NCBI GenBank assembly: GCA_964475315.1 | Contig: CAYYWE010000001.1 | Span: 3,210 to 31,978, forward strand | Direction: 5' to 3' | DNA length: 28,769 nucleotides | Origin: an uncultured Eubacteriales bacterium | GTDB lineage: Bacteria; Bacillota; Clostridia; Oscillospirales; Acutalibacteraceae | In this document: positions 18,704-28,309 of the stretch, in pieces | Numbering within the stretch: position 1 is the first letter of the stretch | How the letters are laid out: each line of letters opens with the position of its first letter | Translations under genes and position numbers: made by a program | Notes under the pieces: model-generated | The model's input: only the letters and a program-made list of their open reading frames with translations | The model's database searches: none | Told to the model about the DNA's origin: nothing

Positions 18704-18888
18704 AAAAAACACCCTTTCTGTGATATATTTACAAATAAAAATAATTTTATTCGATTATTTTAGTATTATAAAACAAAAACGTCAAGCCATTGAAAATTAT
18801 AAATAATTTTATTTTCGTACTTGAAATACACAAACATAAGTTATAAAATTAAAGAATTGATATTTTAAAATTTTAGGAGGAGATATTT

Positions 18889-19950
18889 ATGAAAGTAGTG
18901 TTCATACTGATCGGAATAGTGTTGTTAAACTTGATTATTTTAGCTCATGAGTGGGGTCATTACATTTCAGCTAAATTAAGTGGCGTCAAAGTTAACGAGT
19001 TCGCGCTTGGAATGGGGCCAAAATTGTTGAAATTCACCAAAGGAGAAACTTTATACTCTTTGAGGGCTTTTCCAGTAGGCGGATTTTGTGCTATGGAGGG
19101 TGAAGACGTTGAAAGTCAAGACCCGCGAGCTTTCCAAAAAGCTAAAACTTGGCAAAAAATTATAATAGTTGCGATGGGTGCAATAATAAATTTAGTTTTG
19201 GGATTTATTTTGGTTTTTGTTTTAAACACACAAAATAACTATTTTAGTTCAAATATAATATCTAATTTTGATGAAAATGCTGTATCAAATCACGAAAATG
19301 GTTTGAAAATTGGCGATAAAATTTTAAATATAGACGGTACGAAAATTTTTACTTACAGAGATATAGACTTTGCGTTGACTGCTGATAAAAGAACTGAATT
19401 TGATATTAAAGTAAAACGTGGAAATAATGTTGTAAACTTAGAAAATGTAAAATTTGATTTAATTACAAATGAAAATAATATTACAGATGTGAATATAGAT
19501 TTTGACGTAGAAAAGATTAATAAAAATCTTGGAAGCTTAATTTCTCAAAGTTTTTTAAGAACTATATCTAATATTCAGACTGTTTGGGTTGGAATTATAG
19601 GCATGATTACCGGAAGATTTCCATTTAGTAATATGGGTGGCACCATTGGGATGGTTACACAAATTGGTGATATTGCTTCGGAAAGTTTTAAAACGAGTTT
19701 TGTTACAGGCTTGTTAAGTTTAGTAAATGCTGCGGCTGCTGTTACATTGAGTTTGGGTGTACTTAATTTGTTGCCTGTACCGGCTTTAGACGGCGGTAGA
19801 TTGGTGTTTCTGTTATTTGAATTGATGACAAGAAAAAAGATAAATCCAAAATATGAAGGTTTGATTCACGCTTTGGGATTTGTATTGTTAATAATTTTAA
19901 TGATAGCTACTGGTTATAATGATATCGCAAGATTATTAAGAAAAGGTTAA
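18889..19950 (+). CDS. rseP: Site-2 intramembrane zinc metalloprotease RseP (M50 family) with PDZ domain
   Basis: AHEWGH (HExxH), R.FPVGGFC.MEGE, KI..VAMG, PDZ-like GLKIGDKIL.IDG, NLLPVPALDGG; AGGAGG RBS. Confidence 0.95.
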   Translation: MKVVFILIGIVLLNLIILAHEWGHYISAKLSGVKVNEFALGMGPKLLKFTKGETLYSLRAFPVGGFCAMEGEDVESQDPRAFQKAKTWQKIIIVAMGAIINLVLGFILVFVLNTQNNYFSSNIISNFDENAVSNHENGLKIGDKILNIDGTKIFTYRDIDFALTADKRTEFDIKVKRGNNVVNLENVKFDLITNENNITDVNIDFDVEKINKNLGSLISQSFLRTISNIQTVWVGIIGMITGRFPFSNMGGTIGMVTQIGDIASESFKTSFVTGLLSLVNAAAAVTLSLGVLNLLPVPALDGGRLVFLLFELMTRKKINPKYEGLIHALGFVLLIILMIATGYNDIARLLRKG

Positions 19951-19956
19951 TTATTT

Positions 19957-21003
19957 ATGCGCAAACAAACGCGGGAAATACAGATTGGTAAATTAAAAAT
20001 TGGTAATAATAACCCTATTGCTGTTCAGTCCATGTTGAATAAACGTTCAGATTTAACTCAAGATAATGTTGAGCAAGCGATAGAATTAAGAAATGCTGGT
20101 TGTGATGTTATAAGAATATCAGTACTAGATTTAGAATCAGTTAATAATATATATGAAATTAAAAAAAAAGTAGACATCCCAATTGTTGCTGACGTTCATT
20201 TTGACCCTAAATTAGTGATAGAATCGGTTCACGCTGGTGTTGATAAGGTTCGTATTAACCCTGGAAATATAAACTTTGATAATAATATTAAAAATATAAG
20301 TAAATTGTGTTTAGAAAAAAAAATCCCTATAAGAATTGGCATAAACTCGGGGTCATTAGAACATGAAGTTTTGTCTAAATATAACAAAATTTGTGCAGAA
20401 GCTATGTATGAAAGCGCTGTATATAATATTAAATTGTTAGAGAAACATGATTTTAATAATATAGTAATTTCTGCCAAGTGTTCTGACGTACGAATGACTA
20501 TAGATACATATAAATTGATCTCTGAGAGATGTATTTATCCGTTGCATCTAGGTGTGACTGAAGCTGGTACTGAAACTATGGGTACTATTAAATCTGCGAT
20601 CGGGATTGGAAGTTTGTTAGCGTCTGGAATTGGTGATACTATTCGTGTAAGTTTAACAGAAAATCCTGTAAAAGAAGTAAAGACTGGTATAAATATACTA
20701 AAATGTTTAAATTTGTACAAAAATAATGTTAATATAATTTCTTGCCCAACATGTGGTCGTACAAAAATTGATATTATAAATATCACAAAAAAAGTAGAAA
20801 AATTATTAGAAAATAGTAGAAAAAATATAAAGATTGCAATTATGGGTTGTGCTGTTAACGGCCCCGGTGAAGCTAAAGATGCTGATATTGGTATTGCTGG
20901 CGGTGATAGATTTGGAATTATTTTCAAAAAAGGACAAATTTTAAAAAAAGTTCCAGAACAAGATTTAATAAAAGAATTATTAAATGAAATAAATTTGTTG
21001 TAA
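19957..21003 (+). CDS. ispG: 4-hydroxy-3-methylbut-2-en-1-yl diphosphate synthase (flavodoxin)
   Basis: IAVQSM, PIVADVHFD, KVRINPGNI, IRIGINSGSL, YPLHLGVTEAG, GIGDTIRVSLT, SCPTCGR, MGCAVNGPGEA. Confidence 0.97.
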   Translation: MRKQTREIQIGKLKIGNNNPIAVQSMLNKRSDLTQDNVEQAIELRNAGCDVIRISVLDLESVNNIYEIKKKVDIPIVADVHFDPKLVIESVHAGVDKVRINPGNINFDNNIKNISKLCLEKKIPIRIGINSGSLEHEVLSKYNKICAEAMYESAVYNIKLLEKHDFNNIVISAKCSDVRMTIDTYKLISERCIYPLHLGVTEAGTETMGTIKSAIGIGSLLASGIGDTIRVSLTENPVKEVKTGINILKCLNLYKNNVNIISCPTCGRTKIDIINITKKVEKLLENSRKNIKIAIMGCAVNGPGEAKDADIGIAGGDRFGIIFKKGQILKKVPEQDLIKELLNEINLL

Positions 21004-21017
21004 ACCAGGAGTTTGTT

Positions 21018-24000
21018 TTGACTTTTAAAGATTTTTTTAGTGAATATATTAATAATTTTTATGAGTTTGAAAGTTTTATATCCGGCATTTTAAGTTCAGA
21101 GATAAAAAATATTAGTATAAATAAAAAAAAATTAGAGCTAGAATTACAGTTAATTTCTCAAGAACGTATTTCTCAAGAAAATATAAAAAAAACACAGGAT
21201 ATTTTGTGTAATTCTAATTTAAATTTAAAAAAAGTCAAAATAAGTATAGAGTATGTTAATAATTGTACACATAAATCTAAAATTTTAAGTATAATAAAAT
21301 TAATTTTTGAAGAACGTATTTTAACCAAAAATATTTTTAAAGATAGTTCTATAGAAATATTTGATAATAATATTAAAATTATTTTAAATATTAATAGTAA
21401 AGAAATTATAGAGCAGAAAAATATTAAAAGAAAAATTTTAGATAGTATTTATAAAAAACTAAATATTAAATTTAATTTAATATTTGAATATAACAAAGCT
21501 AATATTATTAATAAAATTGATAATATTATTGTTAAAAAAAAAGATATTGTTAATGTTGAAAATACAAAAAAAGTAGGCCAAAAAATAGAAAATAAAGAAA
21601 AAATTGATACAAAAATACCAGGAATTGAACTTAGAACTAAAAAAAACCTAACACCGCAAGTATATTTACCATCGGCCGAAATTCTTATTGGAGGTAAGAT
21701 TGATCCAGAAAAATTAATTTCTATACGTGAAATTGATCCGCAAATGAAATCGGCTGTAGTGTGGGGCGATGTATTTTTTATTGATTCGAGAATCACGAAA
21801 GATAACAAAAAAGTTATTTTTACAGCGTATATTACAGATTATACTGGTTCTATAATATTGAAAATTATTGAAAATAAAAAAAATGATTATTTGAATAATA
21901 TTAAAAACGGGATAAGTTTACTTGTACAGGGTGACTTGTCTGAAGATATGTATGAAAAAGAAGTAGTTTTGAAGCCAAAAAATATTAGTATCGTACAAAA
22001 ATATAACATAGTTGATAATTATGAAAAAAAACGTGTGGAATTACACTTGCATAGTAACATGTCTTCGATGGATGGCATTAATGACGTTACGAAACTGATC
22101 GAGAGAGCTTATAAATGGGGGCATCGTGCGATTGCGATTACTGACCACGGTGTTGCTCAGGCATATCCAGAAGCGATGAACTGTGTGAACAATATTAACA
22201 AAAAAATTACAGATGATTCACAGAAAATGAAAATAATATACGGAATAGAGGCATATTTTGTTAATAATATGCTCCCGATTTTGACTGGTCATAATAATAG
22301 AAATTTTAACAGTGAATTTATATGTTTCGACTTAGAGACTACTGGTTTTAATGCAAAACTTGATAAAATTATAGAAATCGGTGCTTATAAAATAAAAAAT
22401 AATGAAATTTTGGACAGATTTTCTATATTTGTTAATCCTAATGTAAAAATTTCAGATAGAATTTCTGAACTCACCGGTATTACTCAAGATATGTTAAAAA
22501 ATGCTCTTGAAGAACGTGAGGCTATGGAAAAATTTATAGAATTTTGTGGAGATAATCCGGTTTTAGTGGCTCACAATGCAAACTTTGATGTATCTTTTAT
22601 AAAATTTTTGATAAAAAAATTAAATATTGTTTTTAATTTTACATATATTGACACCGTCCAATTAAGTAGGGCCCTTATTATGAGTATAAAAAACTATAAG
22701 TTAGATACCGTTGCAAAATTTTTAAAAATACCTGAATTTAATCATCATAGGGCTTGTGATGACGCCAAAGCGCTTGCTTATATTTTTATAAAATTACTAA
22801 AAATGGCACACGAAAATTACAATATTTGTGATATTTCACAATTAAATACTAGTATGTCAAATACAGATTCTAAAAAAAATGTTTCTTATCATATGGTAAT
22901 TTTAGTTAAAAATCAAATCGGTCTTAAAAATTTATACAAATTAATTTCATATTCACATTTAAATTATTATTATAAAAAACCAAGAATTCCCAAAAGCGAG
23001 TTAATAAAACACAGAGAAGGCCTGATTATTGGTAGTGCATGTGAAGCAGGGGAGTTGTACAGGAGTATCGTAAATGGTAGACCTTGGGAAGATTTGTTAG
23101 AAATTGCTAAATTTTACGATTATTTAGAAATCCAACCGTTGGGCAACAATGAATTTATGTTACGAGAAAACAAAGTTCAAAGTATTAATAATTTAATAGA
23201 ATATAATAATATAATTATAAAAATTGGTGAAGAGTTAAATATACCTGTTGTTGCTACAGGTGACGTTCATTTTATGGACCCACATGAGTCTGAGTACAGA
23301 AAAATTTTAATGGCAGGTCAGGGTTACGAAGATGCTGATAGTCAGGCACCGCTATATTTTCGAAATACTGCCGAGATGCTGGAAGAATTTTATTATTTAG
23401 ATAAGCAAAAAGCGCATGAGATCGTGATCGAAAACACAAACATAATTGCAGACATGGTAGATTTTATATCGCCTATTCCGAATGGTGTTTACCCACCGTT
23501 TATACCAGGCGCGCAGGAAGAATTAATTGAAATTACTATGAAAAGAGCAAAAGAAAAATACGGAGACCCATTGCCAAAGATAGTTTTGGACAGACTTGAC
23601 AAAGAATTAGGTTCTATTACTAAACATGGATTTTCGGTTTTGTATATAACCGCACAAAAATTAGTTGCTGACTCCGAAAAACATGGTTATTTAGTGGGTT
23701 CGAGAGGCTCGGTTGGATCGTCGTTTGTTGCTACAATTTCAGGAATTTCTGAAGTTAATCCACTGGTTCCACATTATTTATGTACAAATTGCCATATTTC
23801 AGAATTTATTACCGATGGTTCGTATGGTTCAGGCTTTGATTTGCCACCTAAAAAATGTCCGAAATGTGGAAAATTATTTAAACAAGATGGTCATGATATC
23901 CCGTTTGAGACTTTTTTAGGTTTTGATGGTGATAAAACTCCTGATATAGACTTGAATTTTTCAGGTGAATATCAATCTGAAGCACACAGGTATACGGAGA

Positions 24001-25373
24001 CTCTTTTTGGCAAAAATAATGTTTTCAAAGCGGGTACTATCGGTACTGTGGCAACAAAAACTGGCATAGGTTTCACAAAAAAATACGCCGAAGAACGTAA
24101 TATTAAATTAAAGAAAGCCGATATGTTACGTCTCGCGACTGGGTGTACAGGTGTCAAAAGAACAACAGGGCAGCATCCAGGTGGTATGGTTGTTGTTCCA
24201 AAAGACAAAGAAATTTATGATTTTTGCCCAGTTCAAAGGCCTGCTAACGACCAAAAATCAGATAACATTACCACACATTTTGATTTTCATGCTATTCATG
24301 ATACTATTTGCAAACTTGACGAACTGGGTCACGATGTGCCGACTATTTATAAATATTTAGAAGATTATACAGGTGTGAAAGTCGCGGATGTCCCAATGAA
24401 CGACCCGAAAGTTATGTCTTTATTTACTTCTACTGATGCTCTTGACGTTAAACCAAGTGATATTGATTCTGAAACGGGTACTTTTTCTCTACCTGAAGTT
24501 GGCACAAATTTTGTTAGACAAATGTTAAAAGAGTGTAAACCGAAGACATTTTCTGATTTATTACAAATTTCCGGATTGTCTCATGGTACAGACGTTTGGA
24601 ACGGTAATGCTCATGAACTAATTTTAAATAAAACATGTACAATTTCTGAAGTTATCGGGACTCGTGACAATATTATGGTATATTTAATGCATAAAGGTAT
24701 GGACCCTAAAACTTCGTTTAACATAATGGAAATAGTGCGCAAAGGGAAAGCTACGAAATTATTAACTCAAGAACATTTAGAATCAATGCGCGAACACAAT
24801 GTCCCCGAATGGTATATTTCATCGTGTATGAAAATTAAATATATGTTTCCAAAAGCTCATGCGGCAGCTTATATGATCTCGACTTTAAGATTAGGTTGGT
24901 ACAAAGTTTACAAACCTACGGAATATTATGCGGCGTATTTTACAGTCCGGGGGGAAGACTTCGACGGTTTTATAGCTATGAAGGGGAAAGAGGCCGTACG
25001 AAAAAAAATGTCTGACATAATTTCTATGGGCAAAGAAGCTAGCGCTAAAGACCAGATTGCGTTCGCAACATACCAAATTATAAACGAAATGCTTTCCAGA
25101 AATATACAAATTTTGCCAGTTGACTTGTACAAATCTGATACATATAAATTTTTAGTAGAGGACGGCAAAATTAGATTGCCATTTTGTTGTCTAGGTGGAC
25201 TCGGGGGCGCAGCTGCTCAGGGTATTGTTGACTCTCGCGTTGACGGAAAGTTTATTTCTATTGACGATTTACAATCTAGGTCTAAAATCACTAAGGCTGT
25301 TATAGAGTTATTAGATGGAGCCGGTATTTTAAAAAATGTCCCAAAAACGAATCAAGTCACTTTTTTTGATTAA
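21018..25373 (+). CDS. polC: DNA polymerase III PolC-type alpha subunit
   Basis: PHP domain (RVELHLHSNMS.MDG, AIAITDHG), inserted DEDDh exonuclease (FDLETTG, AHNANFD, HHRA.DDA), zinc finger CTNC/CPKC, PDIDLNFSGEYQ, KYMFPKAHAAAY. TTG start after CAGGAG. Confidence 0.98.
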   Translation: MTFKDFFSEYINNFYEFESFISGILSSEIKNISINKKKLELELQLISQERISQENIKKTQDILCNSNLNLKKVKISIEYVNNCTHKSKILSIIKLIFEERILTKNIFKDSSIEIFDNNIKIILNINSKEIIEQKNIKRKILDSIYKKLNIKFNLIFEYNKANIINKIDNIIVKKKDIVNVENTKKVGQKIENKEKIDTKIPGIELRTKKNLTPQVYLPSAEILIGGKIDPEKLISIREIDPQMKSAVVWGDVFFIDSRITKDNKKVIFTAYITDYTGSIILKIIENKKNDYLNNIKNGISLLVQGDLSEDMYEKEVVLKPKNISIVQKYNIVDNYEKKRVELHLHSNMSSMDGINDVTKLIERAYKWGHRAIAITDHGVAQAYPEAMNCVNNINKKITDDSQKMKIIYGIEAYFVNNMLPILTGHNNRNFNSEFICFDLETTGFNAKLDKIIEIGAYKIKNNEILDRFSIFVNPNVKISDRISELTGITQDMLKNALEEREAMEKFIEFCGDNPVLVAHNANFDVSFIKFLIKKLNIVFNFTYIDTVQLSRALIMSIKNYKLDTVAKFLKIPEFNHHRACDDAKALAYIFIKLLKMAHENYNICDISQLNTSMSNTDSKKNVSYHMVILVKNQIGLKNLYKLISYSHLNYYYKKPRIPKSELIKHREGLIIGSACEAGELYRSIVNGRPWEDLLEIAKFYDYLEIQPLGNNEFMLRENKVQSINNLIEYNNIIIKIGEELNIPVVATGDVHFMDPHESEYRKILMAGQGYEDADSQAPLYFRNTAEMLEEFYYLDKQKAHEIVIENTNIIADMVDFISPIPNGVYPPFIPGAQEELIEITMKRAKEKYGDPLPKIVLDRLDKELGSITKHGFSVLYITAQKLVADSEKHGYLVGSRGSVGSSFVATISGISEVNPLVPHYLCTNCHISEFITDGSYGSGFDLPPKKCPKCGKLFKQDGHDIPFETFLGFDGDKTPDIDLNFSGEYQSEAHRYTETLFGKNNVFKAGTIGTVATKTGIGFTKKYAEERNIKLKKADMLRLATGCTGVKRTTGQHPGGMVVVPKDKEIYDFCPVQRPANDQKSDNITTHFDFHAIHDTICKLDELGHDVPTIYKYLEDYTGVKVADVPMNDPKVMSLFTSTDALDVKPSDIDSETGTFSLPEVGTNFVRQMLKECKPKTFSDLLQISGLSHGTDVWNGNAHELILNKTCTISEVIGTRDNIMVYLMHKGMDPKTSFNIMEIVRKGKATKLLTQEHLESMREHNVPEWYISSCMKIKYMFPKAHAAAYMISTLRLGWYKVYKPTEYYAAYFTVRGEDFDGFIAMKGKEAVRKKMSDIISMGKEASAKDQIAFATYQIINEMLSRNIQILPVDLYKSDTYKFLVEDGKIRLPFCCLGGLGGAAAQGIVDSRVDGKFISIDDLQSRSKITKAVIELLDGAGILKNVPKTNQVTFFD

Positions 25374-25407
25374 TATTTTTACTGTATATAAAAAATAATT
25401 TTCCCTA

Positions 25408-25436
25408 TTGACAAATAAAAAATTACGTGATACAAT
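25408..25436 (+). promoter_or_regulatory. Near-consensus sigma-A promoter with extended -10
   Basis: TTGACA (25408-25413) - 17 bp - TGaTACAAT (-10 at 25431-25436). The ORF track's TTG 'start' is this -35 box. Confidence 0.7.
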
Positions 25437-25476
25437 ACAAATACAATTCAAGTTTAAGAAAGTAGGACTGCGATTT

Positions 25477-26184
25477 ATGAAAATACACAATATTAAAAAT
25501 GGTTTAAAAAAAGCAAGTGCTGTAGCATTAGCGACTTTAAGTGTGTGCCCGAGCATGAATGCTGCTGGACACAGAGAACATGAAGAAGAATCAAGTTCAA
25601 TTGTAAGCAATGTGGCTTCGGCTATTGTAGGTGGTGCTACTGTAGGTATCGCATGGGTGTTAACTCACTTCTTTGGTGGTAAAAAAACTGGTGAGACTGC
25701 AAATACTAAATTTACAATTCCTGAAGAGTTAGAAGCGCTTTACAAAAAGTACGATGAAAAAGCTGAACAAGAAAATGAGAAAGCTGTGATTGACGCTATA
25801 TACAATTACTTAAAGTATTCGTTTGAAAATGCATTTGTTAAATTAGAAAAAGTAGATAAAAAAATTGATGATACAGAATTTAACAAAATTTTTGAAAAAT
25901 CTGCGGAATATAGATATTTTGGAAAATTGGAATTAGTAGATCAAGGAAAATTAAAAGAACACTTTAAAGATAGTTATGGTAATAAAGAACATTCTAAGGG
26001 TTATGTATGTCAACTGGGTTATGCTGATGGATTTTTAGTGGAAGCTGTTGCTCCTTGTTTAAATTGTGAACCAGCCAAGGAATTTGTTGAAAAGTTATTA
26101 AAAGCAAGTAAATACAACAATGGACATATGTTTCGTGAAGATATATCAGATTGGTTTAGCCATTGGGAAAAGAATGCTAAATAA
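25477..26184 (+). CDS. Hypothetical exported / membrane-anchored protein (235 aa)
   Basis: ATG 25477 after AGTAGGA. Signal-peptide-like MKIHNIKNGLKKASAVALATLSVCPSMNA, then a Gly/Ala-rich hydrophobic stretch (VASAIVGGATVGIAWVLTHFFGG) and a soluble domain with no recognisable motif. Confidence 0.8.
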   Translation: MKIHNIKNGLKKASAVALATLSVCPSMNAAGHREHEEESSSIVSNVASAIVGGATVGIAWVLTHFFGGKKTGETANTKFTIPEELEALYKKYDEKAEQENEKAVIDAIYNYLKYSFENAFVKLEKVDKKIDDTEFNKIFEKSAEYRYFGKLELVDQGKLKEHFKDSYGNKEHSKGYVCQLGYADGFLVEAVAPCLNCEPAKEFVEKLLKASKYNNGHMFREDISDWFSHWEKNAK

Positions 26185-26246
26185 TTACTGTTTATAATTC
26201 ACAAAAATCTTGGAAATAATTTTATATTAAAGTAAATTGTTAGGTA

Positions 26247-26275
26247 TTGACTTATATAATTGGATGTATTAGTAT
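26247..26275 (+). promoter_or_regulatory. Putative sigma-A promoter of the rimP-nusA-infB operon
   Basis: TTGACT (26247-26252) - 17 bp - TAGTAT (26270-26275). Confidence 0.5.
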
Positions 26276-26312
26276 AGTGCTATTGGGTGTAGAGAAGATG
26301 ATGTAAAGTTGG

Positions 26313-26338
26313 AAGAGTGGGAGACGTCCCGCTCTTTT
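26313..26338 (+). promoter_or_regulatory. rimP leader hairpin, probable NusA-dependent attenuator
   Basis: AAGAGTGGG-AGACGT-CCCGCTCTT followed by TT: a 9-bp stem with one G-U pair and a short U-tract, in the 5' leader of rimP. This resembles the Firmicutes ylxS/rimP leader. Confidence 0.7.
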
Positions 26339-26383
26339 GATTGTGTGTATACAAAACTAAATACAAGGTTTAGGAGATAAAAA

Positions 26384-26875
26384 GTGATAAAGAACAAAAA
26401 TAGTAATATTTCACAAAGGGTACAGGAAATAATTTTACCTGTAATAGAAAAATTAGGGTATGATTTATGGAATGTTAAGTTTGTGAAAGAGGGCCCGGAC
26501 TGGTTTTTAAGAGTATTTATAGATAATTTGGATAACAAAAATAATATAAAAATAGAAGATTGCGAGAAAGTTAGCAGGAGTATAGATAAGTTGCTAGATA
26601 TAGAAGATCCTATTGAGCAGTCATATTGTTTAGAGGTGTGTTCGCCGGGAATAGAACGTGAATTATCGTGTGATAGGCATTTAGAAAAATATGTTAATAG
26701 TAATGTAAAAGTAAAATTTATACGGCCTGATGAAAATAAAAATAAGTTAATATCTGGAGAATTAGTTTCTTTTGATAAATTATTTGTTAATATAAAATTA
26801 AAAAACCAAGAAATTAAAAATATACTGAGAAAAAATATTTCTCATATTAATTTAACAAGTTTTGACTTAATATAA
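26384..26875 (+). CDS. rimP: Ribosome maturation factor RimP
   Basis: GYDLW.V.FVKEG..W.LRVFID, EDCEKVSR.I..LLD.EDPI...Y.LEV.SPGIEREL; GTG start after AGGAG. Confidence 0.95.
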   Translation: MIKNKNSNISQRVQEIILPVIEKLGYDLWNVKFVKEGPDWFLRVFIDNLDNKNNIKIEDCEKVSRSIDKLLDIEDPIEQSYCLEVCSPGIERELSCDRHLEKYVNSNVKVKFIRPDENKNKLISGELVSFDKLFVNIKLKNQEIKNILRKNISHINLTSFDLI

Positions 26876-26898
26876 AATTATGGAGGAATTTATAAAGA

Positions 26899-27957
26899 AT
26901 GAATATAGAAATTTTTGAAGCTTTAAGAGCGTTGGAAAAAGAACGCGGGATATCTATGGATTTTATGTTAGAGAGAATTAACAAGGCTATAGTTACGGCG
27001 TGCAAAAATAATTACGGTGGGAATGAAGACGTAATTATTAATTTGGATGAAGAACAGGGAATATTTGAGGTAAGTTTATTAAAAACCGTAGTTGAAGAAG
27101 TTCAAGATAGTAACAGAGAGATAAATTTACGAGATGCTCTAAAAATCAAAAAAAATGTAGATATAAAAATAGGTGACCAGGTAGGAGTATTGTTAAATAC
27201 TAAACAGTTTGGACATATTGCAGCACAGACAGCTAGAAATATTATAAGACAAGGGATAAAAGATGGTGAAAAAGCTCAAATAGCACAAGAATTTGAAAAT
27301 AAAAAAGATAGTATAGTAATAGCGACGGTTGAAAGAATAGATAATAAAACGGGAGCGTTTACTTTAAAAATTGGTAAAGCTGAGTCAAGTTTGCCTGTTG
27401 CAGAGCAAGTGGGAATACAAAATGTTAAAGAAAATGATCAAATTAAAGTGTACGTAGCGGATGTAATTATGACAGATAAGGGGCCAAAAATTTTAGTTTC
27501 TAGAACGCATTCTAGATTCGTAGCGAAACTGTTTGAAAATGAAGTCCCAGAAATTTTAGATGGCACTGTGAAGATTAAAGCAGTGGCGCGTGAAGCCGGA
27601 TCTAGGACGAAAATGGCAGTTTGTAGTTATAATCCTAATGTTGATCCTGTTGGAGCATGCATAGGGGCCCATGGGAACAGAATTAATTATATAGTACAAG
27701 AATTAGGTGGCGAAAAAGTAGATTTAATAGAATATAATGATAATATTTTAGAATTTGTAGCATCAGCGATTTCTCCGGCAAAAGTGACTAAAGTTGAATA
27801 TGATAGATCACAAACTAATGCTTGTATAGTAAAGGTTCCAGAGAACCAGTTTTCGTTGGCTATAGGAAATCGTGGTCAAAATGTAAGATTAGCAGCTAAA
27901 TTGACAGAATACAAAATAGATATTAGATCAGACAAAAATATTGATAATAATAATTAA
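26899..27957 (+). CDS. nusA: Transcription termination/antitermination factor NusA
   Basis: F.HIAAQTA.NII.Q, S1 domain, I.VSRTH, LFENEVPEI.DG.V.IK.VAREAGSRTK.AV, SLAIG.RGQNVRLAAKLT..KIDI. Confidence 0.98.
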   Translation: MNIEIFEALRALEKERGISMDFMLERINKAIVTACKNNYGGNEDVIINLDEEQGIFEVSLLKTVVEEVQDSNREINLRDALKIKKNVDIKIGDQVGVLLNTKQFGHIAAQTARNIIRQGIKDGEKAQIAQEFENKKDSIVIATVERIDNKTGAFTLKIGKAESSLPVAEQVGIQNVKENDQIKVYVADVIMTDKGPKILVSRTHSRFVAKLFENEVPEILDGTVKIKAVAREAGSRTKMAVCSYNPNVDPVGACIGAHGNRINYIVQELGGEKVDLIEYNDNILEFVASAISPAKVTKVEYDRSQTNACIVKVPENQFSLAIGNRGQNVRLAAKLTEYKIDIRSDKNIDNNN

Positions 27958-27981
27958 TATTAATAAAAAATAAAAATAGAG

Positions 27982-28297
27982 ATGAGAAAATATAAAAAAT
28001 ATTATTAATGAACGAAAATGTATAGCTTGCGGAGAGCATAGATTAAAACAAGAATTTTTGATGATAGTAAGACCGCCAAAAAAAGATTTAAATATAAATA
28101 ATAATAATAATAATATTTTAGATTTAAAAATTTTGTTTGGCCACGAAAAAAAAGAAGGTCGAGCGGCGTATATATGTAAAAATATAAATTGTATAAAAAT
28201 AGCCCAAAAATCAAGACGGATAGAAAAAAGTTTTTCTAGAAAAATAGACCCAGAATTATATAATTTATTAATAAAAAAACTAGAGAATATAAATTAA
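27982..28297 (+). CDS. ylxR: YlxR / RnpM (DUF448) RNA-binding protein, with apparent 1-nt frameshift after the start codon
   Basis: ERKCIACGE...EGRAAYIC...C motifs and position between nusA and ylxQ. The ATG at 27982 is out of frame with the domain by one base (A6 run at 27994-27999). The track's TTG 28058 start would omit the CxxC. Confidence 0.8.
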
Positions 28298-28309
28298 AAA
28301 ATAAAAATA

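Noticed and set aside
21018-25373. Intein or intron in polC (or gyrB)
   Set aside because: Lengths and motif spacing are normal; no C/S...HN splice motifs or homing endonuclease segment were noticed.
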